Assembly: GCA_041650835.1 (NCBI GenBank)
Contig: JBAZKL010000001.1
Location: forward strand, 101,094-165,093
Source: Candidatus Omnitrophota bacterium
GTDB lineage: Bacteria > Omnitrophota > Gorgyraeia > Gygaellales > Profunditerraquicolaceae
Length of the DNA stretch: 64,000 nt
Reading direction: 5' to 3'
Part shown: positions 48,552 to 57,621 of the stretch, one piece after another
Numbering within the stretch: the stretch's first letter is position 1
Layout: each line of letters begins with the position of its first letter
Notes under the pieces: generated by a model
Database searches by the model: none
What the model was told of the DNA's origin: nothing
The model's input: the letters and a program-made list of their open reading frames with translations, nothing else
Position numbers and translations under genes: made by a program

Positions 48552-49441
48552 GCATCCCGCCTTAACTTCTCCCATAAACGCGTTTTCCGTAAATTCTTCC
48601 AGAGACTTACAAACTTACCATAAACACCTTTGCGTAAACCCGCGCATTCCCGCGTTAAATACGCGGCGGTCGCCTTGAGCCCTTTGTCCGGTCCCTTAAG
48701 AAAACCGGACAACACTTCAATAAGAAGGTCTAACTCATGCAAATCACCGAGGGAGTCCTGGATATCGCGGCTGGCGTAAATATAGCCGTCAAAGCGCTTG
48801 CCCTTATGACTTGGCCGGAAGATCTCCAAAGTGTAACGCAGCTTTTTAGCGGCAATACGCATGCGATGCAGCTCTTTTGTCTTTTTCGGCTTAAACACAT
48901 AGGGCGCCAAATCAAGCAATGTATCCAGCCGCTTGAGGATCATCGCTTTCTTTCGCGCGAGAAACGTATCGGCACAGGACTTACGGCTGCCGGAAGAAAT
49001 ATCACGCAAACAGTCCTTTAACCCGGGAAGCCGCGTCTTAATTTCAAATCCCTTAAGCTCAATCCCGATCCGCCCCTGCGCCTGTTCTCTTTTCCGCTTA
49101 AGGAAACGGATTATACCTTCGGTATGGATAACGCGGGAACTCTTTTTTAAGCGCTTGCGGGCGGCTTCTAAGAATTTGATCTGGACATCCAGCTGCCGCG
49201 CCAAGCCAAGCGCCCGGCCTATCTGAGCGATCTCTTTTCTCCAGGCCCTGGACTTCTTGACCGGAAGGATACCTTTAAAGGTGCTCAACGCCGCTCTTAA
49301 GCGGCGGGAAGCGACGCGCATCCGGTGAACCGGCTCTATGCCGGCTGAAAGCAAAACATCATTACGCTCTTTGAGGAAAGAATCGAGATACAGAAAAATG
49401 ATCTTGCGGGAGTAACGGTAAGGATCAATCTTATTTCGCAT
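48548..49441 (-). CDS. CHAD domain protein (polyphosphate-granule associated)
   Basis: VHRMRVASRRLRAAL and a second HRMRIAAKKLRY CHAD repeat. Start is uncertain (listed ORF begins at 49558). Confidence 0.7.
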   Translation of the reverse strand: MRNKIDPYRYSRKIIFLYLDSFLKERNDVLLSAGIEPVHRMRVASRRLRAALSTFKGILPVKKSRAWRKEIAQIGRALGLARQLDVQIKFLEAARKRLKKSSRVIHTEGIIRFLKRKREQAQGRIGIELKGFEIKTRLPGLKDCLRDISSGSRKSCADTFLARKKAMILKRLDTLLDLAPYVFKPKKTKELHRMRIAAKKLRYTLEIFRPSHKGKRFDGYIYASRDIQDSLGDLHELDLLIEVLSGFLKGPDKGLKATAAYLTRECAGLRKGVYGKFVSLWKNLRKTRLWEKLRRDA

Positions 49442-51461
49442 AATACCCGATAAAGAACTCTTGGGCGTTGAACGCTTTGCCTTCCCGCGCGGGGCGGATG
49501 TATTCATTGCGCGCGGTAAACAGATGTGTTTTTGAGTTATCTCTCCAATATTCTTCAAGGATGAACCTTAAATGCTCATTAAGGTCCTGCCTGCTTATTT
49601 CAAAAAGGAGCTCGATCCGGCGGTCAAAATTCCGGCTCATCCAATCAGCGGACGCAAGAAAGACCCTGGGTGAAGAATTATTATTAAAGCAGTACACGCG
49701 TGAATGCTCCAGGAACCTGCCCACAAGGCTCTTAACTTCAATATGCTCGCTCATCTGTTCGACACCGGGTATCAAACAACATATCCCGCGCACCAGCAGC
49801 CTGATCTTTACCCCCGCGTTCGACGCCTCATAAAGCTTATGGATGATCTGCGTATCTTCCAGGGAATTCAACTTGGCAAAAATAGAACCGTTCTTATACC
49901 TTTTCTGGAATTCAATTTCCTTATCGATCAACTCGAAGAAATACTTGCGCATATCATGGGGAGAAGCGATGATCCGCTTCCAGCGCGCCGGCAGCGAGTA
50001 GCCGGTAATAACGTTAAACACGTCTGATATGTCGATAGCGAAATCATCGCTTCTGGTAAAATAGCCTATATCGGTATAAACGCAGGCGGTCCGCTCGTTA
50101 TAGTTGCCGGTAGCCAGATGGACGTAGCGGGCGATCCGGCCTTCTTCCTGCCTCACGATAAGCGCCATCTTCGCGTGTATCTTGATCCCCGGCATTCCGT
50201 ATATGACATGGCAGCCTGCCGACTCCAGGTCCCTGGTCCAGCCGATGTTGCGTTCTTCGTCAAAACGCGCTTTCAATTCAACCACGACCGTCACCTGCTT
50301 CTTATTCTTGGCTGCTTCAGCTAAAGCCTTAATGATCGCCGAATCCTCGTTGGTCCGGTACAGCGTCATTTTGATCGCCAGAACATCGTTATCTTTCGCG
50401 GCAGCCTGGATCAGGTCAACCGTAGAATAGAAAGATTGGTACGGCATATGCAGCAGGAAATCCCCTTCTTTTATCTTGTCGAAAATATTCTCGTATTCTA
50501 TCTTAGAGGGCGTGTAGCTGCCGAACATCAATTCAGGCCTGCTTACCTGAGTGAGCAGCTCCGACAAAGAAGACAGGTCCAGGTTACTATCGGCGAAAAT
50601 AATATCCTCTTTGGGAAAATCAAGGTTCGCGTACAATAGGTCCAGCAGCTGGGCGTGCTTGCCCTTCTCCACCTGTAAACTTACCACCTTGGCTTTCGGC
50701 CGCTTTTTTATCTCGTTCTCAATAGCCTTCAGCAGGTCGGGTGAGTACTCTTCCCGCAGCGAGATATCGCTGTCGCGAATGATCCTGAAAGAAAAGCTGT
50801 CCACGATCTGGTAGCCGCGGAAAAACGACTCAAGGTTTTCCCGGATGATATCATCGATGAATATAAAACAAAATTCATCCTTTTCCGAAGGCAGCTTGTA
50901 CAAACGCGGGACCGACTTAGGGATTATCGCCAGCGCCAGGTACATTTCCTCTTTTCGGCTCAAAGCAAGCGCGAACGCGTTGGTCTTGGAATGTAAAACA
51001 GGGAAAGGATGCCCCGGATCAACCGCCATAGGAGTGACTATGGGGAACAAAGTCGCCTCAAAATATTTCTTCGCCACCCTTTTCTGCTCCCCGTTAAGCT
51101 GGTCGGGCTTGAGGATAAAGATCTTATTCTTTTGCAGCTCTTTACCGATATTTCCCTTATAAATATCGTATAATTTCCCGATCTGCGCGTCTATCCGCGA
51201 GCGTATCTCTGAAAAGAGCTCCAGAGGGTAATACCCGAACCCATCCTTATGGTTATGTCCGGCATCGATCAGCCTTTTTAATCCCGCTACCCTGACCATA
51301 AAGAACTCATCCAGGTTGTTAGCGGCGATGCTTAAGAACTTAACGCGTTCAAACAACGGGTTAGCGACGTCGGCAGACTCTGCGAGCACCCGCTCATTGA
51401 AAGCAAGCCAGCTTAGATCGCGGTGTATAAAAACATCTTTAGGCTCTTTTTCTTTATCCAT
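49431..51461 (-). CDS. ppk: Polyphosphate kinase 1
   Basis: 676 aa with PPK1 N-terminal, HD-like and two PLD-like C-terminal domains (FLSIAANNLDEFFMVRV, ...GNYNERTA...). Confidence 0.9.
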   Translation of the reverse strand: MDKEKEPKDVFIHRDLSWLAFNERVLAESADVANPLFERVKFLSIAANNLDEFFMVRVAGLKRLIDAGHNHKDGFGYYPLELFSEIRSRIDAQIGKLYDIYKGNIGKELQKNKIFILKPDQLNGEQKRVAKKYFEATLFPIVTPMAVDPGHPFPVLHSKTNAFALALSRKEEMYLALAIIPKSVPRLYKLPSEKDEFCFIFIDDIIRENLESFFRGYQIVDSFSFRIIRDSDISLREEYSPDLLKAIENEIKKRPKAKVVSLQVEKGKHAQLLDLLYANLDFPKEDIIFADSNLDLSSLSELLTQVSRPELMFGSYTPSKIEYENIFDKIKEGDFLLHMPYQSFYSTVDLIQAAAKDNDVLAIKMTLYRTNEDSAIIKALAEAAKNKKQVTVVVELKARFDEERNIGWTRDLESAGCHVIYGMPGIKIHAKMALIVRQEEGRIARYVHLATGNYNERTACVYTDIGYFTRSDDFAIDISDVFNVITGYSLPARWKRIIASPHDMRKYFFELIDKEIEFQKRYKNGSIFAKLNSLEDTQIIHKLYEASNAGVKIRLLVRGICCLIPGVEQMSEHIEVKSLVGRFLEHSRVYCFNNNSSPRVFLASADWMSRNFDRRIELLFEISRQDLNEHLRFILEEYWRDNSKTHLFTARNEYIRPAREGKAFNAQEFFIGYYAK

Positions 51462-51467
51462 GGATAG

Positions 51468-53021
51468 TTATTCCGTATATTGTATTTTCAGGTTGATCTT
51501 ATTGCCTGATATCTCTTCAAACATGCCTTTTTTTTCCTGGAAATCTATCTTTTCCAGAAGAAAGTTACCCGGGACAAATACCGTCAAAGATATGTCCTGG
51601 CTGCGGTTGAATTTAACCTCGATCTTCTTCACTTTTTGTTTATGCGAGCGGTCAAGCGCGTTAGAAAGCCTTAAGACAGAACTCAGCTTCTGGACGAGCA
51701 CCTGTTTATCCTTGGACAATGAATTATAAAGGAAATGCGTTTCCGCGGGAGTGCCCTTGCGGTGGTAACGCCCGATGCAGGCGATAACTTTTATTTCTTC
51801 GCTTGAGAGCCTGAAGAGGTTCAGGTTTGAAATAAGGTACTCGCTATGCTTATGATGGGCGCGGTTATACACAAACATCCCCAGATCGTGCAAGTGCGCC
51901 GCCAAGAGCAGATACAATAGATCCCCCTTCTTAAGGCCCAGCGTCTCCTTTAAATTATCAAAAAGCATGTCGGAAAGATCCGCCACCTGTTGTGAATGCT
52001 TGATATCCATGTTGAATTTCCGGCAGATAGCTTTTGCTATCGAGATCAACTGGTTGGTTTTGTTGTATTTCTGGGATATCTCGAAATCAAGGATTATATC
52101 GGCGAGTACCGCCTCGGCAAGCGGAACATCCAATAAATAAACATTCTTACTCTCGCTTAACTTCACGAATGTATTCAGGATTATGGCGTAAGCCGGGAAG
52201 GTCTCGGCGTTCTCCAGCGGTATTTTGTATTCGTCAACCAGCTCTTCGGTATTTCTTTCCGTAACGTTCGTCAAAAGCGCGGAGGTATCGGCTTCACTTA
52301 ACTTAAAAAAAGACTCATTCGGCTTATTGCTCGAAATGACCTTCGACAGGTGCGAAGTATGCGTTTCATCGATCAAAATGATATCATCGATGCTCACCAA
52401 AGGCATTTCTCTCCTGAAACAGGAGAACTCGTTATCCACATTTTCTTCTACCGCCGCGTAATTCTCCCGAAGGCTCCCATCCAGCTTTCCCATCAACTGT
52501 TTGATGCGCAAAGTGCCCAGCGGGAGCCCGACATTCATAAGCGTGAAGCCTTGCGCCATCACCGACACGTCAAGGCTGCCGGCGCCGAGCTCCGCGATAA
52601 TAAGGTTTTTGGTATGAAGCGGGTATTTATCTTTGAGCTTATGATACAGATAGGCGTCGATATAATAAATGACGTCTCCGACTGTCAAGACCTCGATATT
52701 AAAACCCGTTTTTCTATAGACCGTATCTATGAAAACGTCCCTGTTCGCGGCTTCCCTTACCGCGGTAGTAGCGATGACCTTAACGCCCGCCACTGAATAC
52801 TCTTTAAGCTTATCGCTGTATTTCTCCAGGATCGCGACCACGCGATTGATCGTCTCCTGGCTGATACGGTCTTTTAAAAAGGTATCATTGCCCAGGGGCA
52901 CGACGTTTTTCAGCAATTCAAGTATCTTAATTTCCTCCCCATCCTTTTCGGCGATAAAAAGCTTAATGGAATGAGTACCGATATCAATTACACCGCTGCG
53001 GGCGATCTCTTTGTCTTTCAT
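51468..53021 (-). CDS. ppx: Ppx/GppA exopolyphosphatase with C-terminal HD domain
   Basis: ASKHA N-terminus (VIDIGTHSIKLFIA) and an HD motif (HLHDLGMFV...HHKHS). Confidence 0.85.
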   Translation of the reverse strand: MKDKEIARSGVIDIGTHSIKLFIAEKDGEEIKILELLKNVVPLGNDTFLKDRISQETINRVVAILEKYSDKLKEYSVAGVKVIATTAVREAANRDVFIDTVYRKTGFNIEVLTVGDVIYYIDAYLYHKLKDKYPLHTKNLIIAELGAGSLDVSVMAQGFTLMNVGLPLGTLRIKQLMGKLDGSLRENYAAVEENVDNEFSCFRREMPLVSIDDIILIDETHTSHLSKVISSNKPNESFFKLSEADTSALLTNVTERNTEELVDEYKIPLENAETFPAYAIILNTFVKLSESKNVYLLDVPLAEAVLADIILDFEISQKYNKTNQLISIAKAICRKFNMDIKHSQQVADLSDMLFDNLKETLGLKKGDLLYLLLAAHLHDLGMFVYNRAHHKHSEYLISNLNLFRLSSEEIKVIACIGRYHRKGTPAETHFLYNSLSKDKQVLVQKLSSVLRLSNALDRSHKQKVKKIEVKFNRSQDISLTVFVPGNFLLEKIDFQEKKGMFEEISGNKINLKIQYTE

Positions 53022-53046
53022 AGTTTTTCAAGCAGTTAAGGGCTGT

Positions 53047-53541
53047 TTATAAATCGCTTTCAGGCGAGTGAGAAAACACTATCTTTCCTTTTTTCCGCGC
53101 GACCTTCTTCCAGGAATCAACGCTAAAATCAATACCAAACACCCCGCAGGGGCGAAATTCCTGCGTTAAACGCCCGGATAAATAATTAACAAGGTTCAAG
53201 AATTCAGGATTGTGCCCGAAAATAATGGCCGATCCGGCTTTATCGTCAATATTCTTAATGACCTTTAAGAGCTTTGGAATATTGGAGTAGTATAGAGCGT
53301 TAACTACTTTGATTTTCTTGCGGGAGAATCCTATTTTCCTGGCGATCGCCCTGGCTGTATCAAGGGCCCTTGTCGCAGGACTGGTATATACTGCCTGAAC
53401 GGTTATACCGCGCTTTTTCAAGTGCTTACCTGTGTCACGGGCCTCTTTCTCCCCTCGTTTATTAAGCGGCCTGTCTCTATCTTTTATACCGGGGATATCC
53501 TTATTGGATTTCGCGTGTCTGATCAGGTAAAGCCTTTTCAT
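53047..53541 (-). CDS. Histidine phosphatase family protein (SixA-like)
   Basis: LIRHAKS...RPL RHG motif. 164 aa. Confidence 0.75.
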   Translation of the reverse strand: MKRLYLIRHAKSNKDIPGIKDRDRPLNKRGEKEARDTGKHLKKRGITVQAVYTSPATRALDTARAIARKIGFSRKKIKVVNALYYSNIPKLLKVIKNIDDKAGSAIIFGHNPEFLNLVNYLSGRLTQEFRPCGVFGIDFSVDSWKKVARKKGKIVFSHSPESDL

Positions 53542-53668
53542 TTGTCTTTCTATAATTCGTCTTACTTATTATACCACAATATTATACCGCTCAACATCAA
53601 ATATGCCAAGCGGTAAATCCGGGCTACTGATCTCATGTGTCAATACGGGTGTAATGAGGGTAAAAACC

Positions 53669-54502
53669 TTAAGACAATTCCTGAATTTGACTTTTCTTGA
53701 GCTGGTCGGTAAGCAGCACGTTAACCTTAGAGAAGCCTGCTTCCCGTATTCGCCGCGTGATCTTACCAAGCGCCGTTTGGGGAGTATTGTTATCCCGGCT
53801 TAAATGCGCGAGAAAAATACACTTGAGAGCGTTATCGGAGGAATTCTTCAGGATCTCAGTAATAGCATTCGCCGAAGCATCGTTGCTGAGATGCTGCTTC
53901 CAGTTTACGTGACGAGGCGGATTATTCTCTATCATTTCCAGGTCATGATTCGCTTCAATAACCAGGCAATGAGAATTACTTAAAGCCCGGATCATTTTCC
54001 TGGAAACTTCTCTTGTATCCGTTAAATACCCTATTTTGCGCGCCTTACTTTGCTGTCCGTGTTCAATGCAAAAACCATGGGGCTGCCCCGCGTTACCGCC
54101 CTCATGAACCGACCGGAATGGCGTGATCCTGAATTCTTTAACCGAGAACATGCGGATATTATGGTGCTGTATAAGGCAGCGCGGACATTTTCCCTTACTG
54201 TCGCTACCCTTCAAAAGAGTTTTCTTGTGAATATAAAGAGGTATATTATACTCTTCGGCGATCTTAACCGTATCTCCATTAACATGGTCCCCATGCCCGT
54301 GCGTAACAACGATCGCGTTTATCCGCGCAGGCTCCAGGTCGATCGCGCGTAACATTTGGCAGAAGCTCTCTCTCGATATCCTTCCTCCGCAATCAATAAG
54401 TATCGCGCTTTCGCCTGTCCATATGGCAGTGCAATTACCGGAACTCCCGCTTTTCAAAACGCAGATCTTTAACGGCAAACTCCCTCCCTTATCGATAGGC
54501 AT
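53669..54502 (-). CDS. MBL-fold metallo-hydrolase (YycJ/PhnP-like)
   Basis: VTHGHGDHVNG motif, with N-terminal LKSGSSGN...IDCG. Confidence 0.7.
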   Translation of the reverse strand: MPIDKGGSLPLKICVLKSGSSGNCTAIWTGESAILIDCGGRISRESFCQMLRAIDLEPARINAIVVTHGHGDHVNGDTVKIAEEYNIPLYIHKKTLLKGSDSKGKCPRCLIQHHNIRMFSVKEFRITPFRSVHEGGNAGQPHGFCIEHGQQSKARKIGYLTDTREVSRKMIRALSNSHCLVIEANHDLEMIENNPPRHVNWKQHLSNDASANAITEILKNSSDNALKCIFLAHLSRDNNTPQTALGKITRRIREAGFSKVNVLLTDQLKKSQIQELS

Positions 54503-54544
54503 ACATCAGGCTCACGCGGGGTATCCCCGGCAATGGCCGTCTGC

Positions 54545-54907
54545 CTATTTTTTATTCGGTTTTTTCTTTGATTTTTTCTTGGATTTTACCATCGCGCACA
54601 AAAAGTCCGCCTGGGAAGATAATTTTCCGTTTTCATACGGGAATTCTTTACAATGGATGGGCTTCAAACTATAATCGACCTTATGGATGGCGCAGAGGCC
54701 TTCAGGGGTAAGGAACGTACAGGGATCATCTTCGCGGCTGGTCCCGACTTTATATCCGGAAGGAAAATTCTTATCTAACTCAAGGTGAAAGAAATCGCCT
54801 TTTAATCCGAGAGACACTATTTTCTTAGCCTCTTCCAGATCCACCCATGCCCCGAAATCACAACAGGAATATTGCTGTTTACATTTTAAGCAATCGACCT
54901 TTTTCAT
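54545..54907 (-). CDS. YkgJ-family (UPF0153, CxxCxxCC) putative Fe-S/zinc protein
   Basis: CLKCKQQYSCC motif. 120 aa with a Lys-rich tail. Confidence 0.65.
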   Translation of the reverse strand: MKKVDCLKCKQQYSCCDFGAWVDLEEAKKIVSLGLKGDFFHLELDKNFPSGYKVGTSREDDPCTFLTPEGLCAIHKVDYSLKPIHCKEFPYENGKLSSQADFLCAMVKSKKKSKKKPNKK

Positions 54908-55058
54908 TTTTTCCTTTTTACGCGTCAGAGGTTATCAGATAAACAGGATTCTGTTTTCATTGAATAATTTTAACATACTCGAAAAGTTAAAACAACGACT
55001 ATCTTAACATTTGCTTACGCGGCCATAGGGGCAAGAAATGAATGATTCAGCCCGCGTA

Positions 55059-55424
55059 TTAATGGCAGCCGTGCTGCGCGCAGGCGTTGTGCACGGTTAT
55101 TTCCTCAAGGCCGCCTTTCTTGAACTGAGCGATAATATCGGCTACTGTCCCCGGCACAGCCCGGTAAGCATGGATCCCTCCCTGATTAAGCCCCTGGACC
55201 GCGCGGGCGCCCATCCCGCCGGTAACCACGGCGTCGATCGACTTCCCCTGTAACGCGTTCATCGGCTGGCACATGCCGTGCGCGTGATGTTGATTGGCGT
55301 TATCAATGACCTCAACTGAATCTTTTTCCGTATCAACAATGGTAAAATACGGCGCGCTGCCGAAATGGCCGTAAACCTTCGCGCTTTTTCCTTCATTTGT
55401 TTCTGTGGGGATACATAACTTCAT
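55059..55424 (-). CDS. NifX/NifB-type dinitrogenase FeMo-cofactor-binding domain protein (standalone)
   Basis: MKLCIPTE...HFGSAPYFTIVD...HGMCQP...VDAVVTGGMGARA pattern of PF02579. Start reassigned to MKLCIP with AAGGAGAGG RBS. Confidence 0.7.
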   Translation of the reverse strand: MKLCIPTETNEGKSAKVYGHFGSAPYFTIVDTEKDSVEVIDNANQHHAHGMCQPMNALQGKSIDAVVTGGMGARAVQGLNQGGIHAYRAVPGTVADIIAQFKKGGLEEITVHNACAQHGCH

Positions 55425-55436
55425 TTTACCTCTCCT

Positions 55437-55622
55437 TTCGCAGAAAGCGAAACACCAACGCAATTCCTTTTAAGCGTTGGGTGTAGCAGAAAGCGAAACA
55501 CCAACGCAATTCCGCGGCAGAAAGCCGCGTACCTTGCCCTTCCAATTAAGGCAAAGTGCTTTTAAGCGTTGGGTGTAGCAGAAAGCCTGCCTGCCGGTAG
55601 GCAGGCGAAACACGCCGGGTAT
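55437..55622. repeat. Structured repeat element, family B, copy 2 (tandem GCAGAAAGC-containing hairpins)
   Basis: Internal direct repeats (GCAGAAAGCGAAACACCAACGCAATTCC x2; TTTTAAGCGTTGGGTGTAGCAGAAAGC x2). A 34-nt block is identical to copy 1 at 12405-12438. Overlaps the 3' end of the methyltransferase ORF. Confidence 0.7.
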
Positions 55623-56205
55623 TTTTCCCGGCGATAATAACAGTTTGACATACATCCCGGTAAACTCTTACCCTTAAACCTGCCCGCCGCAGGTATTCTT
55701 TTACTCCCGACAAGGACATTTGAGACGGCGCGTGTTCATGCCCGTCTAACGCGTGCACTTTTTCCATGATCTTCTGTCCCCTTTTATTCAGGTCCGCGAT
55801 GATCAGTTTTTCCTTAGTTACCCGCAGCATCTCTTTAAGGCATTTAAGCGGATTTTTCGCGTGATGGATAAAATTAACCGAGATCACAGAATTAAAATAA
55901 TCATCCGGGAAGCGTAATTTCTCGGCATTCATTATTTTAAGGGAAGCCGATCTCTCAAGCCCGAGCGCCTTGAGGCTTACCCCGGCCGCTCTTTGCGCTT
56001 TTTTATCCAGGTCGACCGAGATAAACTTAAAACCTTTGCGCGCCAGAGCTAAAGCCAAATGCCCCCTTCCCGTGCCAACTTCCAAGAGCCGCCCTTTACC
56101 GAGTTCGGCCTTGGCGAGAATAAAATTCCTGGCCCTGGGGATATCATAACCGTAGTGCTTAAACAATTTCAAACGAGCCTGCGCCTCTTTTAACAAATTA
56201 TCCAT
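55546..56205 (-). CDS. Class I SAM-dependent methyltransferase
   Basis: LEVGTGRGHLALALA motif I and a short Methyltransf_11/25-type core. The last ~20 codons run into repeat element B. Confidence 0.7.
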   Translation of the reverse strand: MDNLLKEAQARLKLFKHYGYDIPRARNFILAKAELGKGRLLEVGTGRGHLALALARKGFKFISVDLDKKAQRAAGVSLKALGLERSASLKIMNAEKLRFPDDYFNSVISVNFIHHAKNPLKCLKEMLRVTKEKLIIADLNKRGQKIMEKVHALDGHEHAPSQMSLSGVKEYLRRAGLRVRVYRDVCQTVIIAGKNTRRVSPAYRQAGFLLHPTLKSTLP

Positions 56206-56323
56206 TTAACCCGCTCTTTCAAGCTTCGCGCGCGGTAAGCCTTAACGCTTTCTACCCGCCCCAAGGACCTTCACGGCAATGAACGCGGCTTCCGCCCTAT
56301 TTCCCCGGGTGAGGGCCCCGCTT

Positions 56324-56351
56324 TATATTATTAGCATATGCTAATAATATA
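56324..56351. promoter_or_regulatory. 28-bp perfect palindrome TATATTATTAGCATATGCTAATAATATA
   Basis: Exact inverted repeat ~120 nt upstream of the methyltransferase start. Candidate operator or promoter. Confidence 0.5.
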
Positions 56352-56467
56352 AAAGAAAAGGCCGGCTCTGTCAATATAATAAATTGCGGCGCGGATAAAA
56401 CCGGGAGGAAAAAGTTCTTACAATTTTCACTTACGGGCTGCGAAAGCTCGATGAATTGTTAAAAAAA

Positions 56468-57493
56468 CTATCTGCTATTACCCGAATGGCTCTTAAGGCA
56501 CTCTATTTCTTTTTTAAGCTCAATGATCCGCTCTTCCCTGCCTATGGCAGCCTTATAAAAAATTTCCAATTCCTGCAAATGCTTTTCCACTTCAGCTTCC
56601 GCCTCTTTGCGCTCGGTATAATCGTCATACACAGCGACTATTTCACCTGAAGGCAACTTATAGACGTAGTTCTCCACCCATTCAGATAAGCGCCCATCAT
56701 GGTAAAAAGAGACGGGGTGGCGAAGAGATATCCCGCTTTTCCACACCTGAAGGAACACTTCAAATAAACCGATCTTTTTTACCCCGGGAAAAACCTCTAA
56801 GACCCCCTTGCCGATGATCTCTTCACGCCTGACCCTGCTATTTCGTTCACCGCTCTTATTTATATCTTTAATGATGAAATCCCGGCCTTCATCTATTGCC
56901 TCATAGATAGCTACGCCGCTGCTCATATTATTAAACAGCTCCTGGAAGCGCACATTACTGCTGCGTAAAGCCTCCTCAGCCCTCCTTCGGCCGGTAACAT
57001 CCCTAAAAATAGCCACCATGTAATCTTTTCCCAATAAATTCATTTTCGTGCCAAGAACATTGGCGTAAAAAATACTGCCGCCTTTTTTTATCACGGGCAG
57101 GTCCGCGGCAGGGACAAGGGAGTCCTTCGATTGCTCCTCGATGCGTTCCAGGACATTGGCCAATTGTTCTTTCGGATGGATATCCTCAACTCCCAGCGAT
57201 TTAAGCTCTTCTAAATTATAACCGAGCATCCCGCACATACTTTGATTGGCGTCATGGAATTTCTTAGACTCAAGATCGGTTATTATGATCCCGTCGGTTG
57301 AGTTGTTAAAAATAGTCCTGAACTTTTTCTCCGATATCCTTAAGACATCCCCCACCTGTTTACGCTCAATGTTTATCGTCTCAAGTTCAGCTATCCGCTT
57401 ATACAAAAGATTTATCTCTTCCTTAAGCTCTTCATTAGTTTTATCTTCCTGTGTCATCACTGAGCCCTCAATAAAGGATCCTAAAGCCTGCAT
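56468..57493 (-). CDS. Tandem PAS-domain protein without output domain
   Basis: N-terminal coiled coil followed by two PAS/PAC folds. Confidence 0.65.
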   Translation of the reverse strand: MQALGSFIEGSVMTQEDKTNEELKEEINLLYKRIAELETINIERKQVGDVLRISEKKFRTIFNNSTDGIIITDLESKKFHDANQSMCGMLGYNLEELKSLGVEDIHPKEQLANVLERIEEQSKDSLVPAADLPVIKKGGSIFYANVLGTKMNLLGKDYMVAIFRDVTGRRRAEEALRSSNVRFQELFNNMSSGVAIYEAIDEGRDFIIKDINKSGERNSRVRREEIIGKGVLEVFPGVKKIGLFEVFLQVWKSGISLRHPVSFYHDGRLSEWVENYVYKLPSGEIVAVYDDYTERKEAEAEVEKHLQELEIFYKAAIGREERIIELKKEIECLKSHSGNSR

Positions 57494-57621
57494 TTCTTAA
57501 AAAACTCTTTTATATGATTATACCACCTTAAAATGATTAGTGAACAATTCTTTGTCCCTGATGCCCTCTCCTCAGAGGCAGTGTCTGCCGTCTCAATTAC
57601 CGATAATGCCGCATTTCCCGC

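Noticed and set aside
55437-55600. Possible CRISPR array (28-nt direct repeats)
   Set aside because: Only two or three repeat units, with 19-nt spacers that are themselves repeated. No cas genes. The repeats form alternating hairpins, so the pattern is better explained as a structured repeat element.
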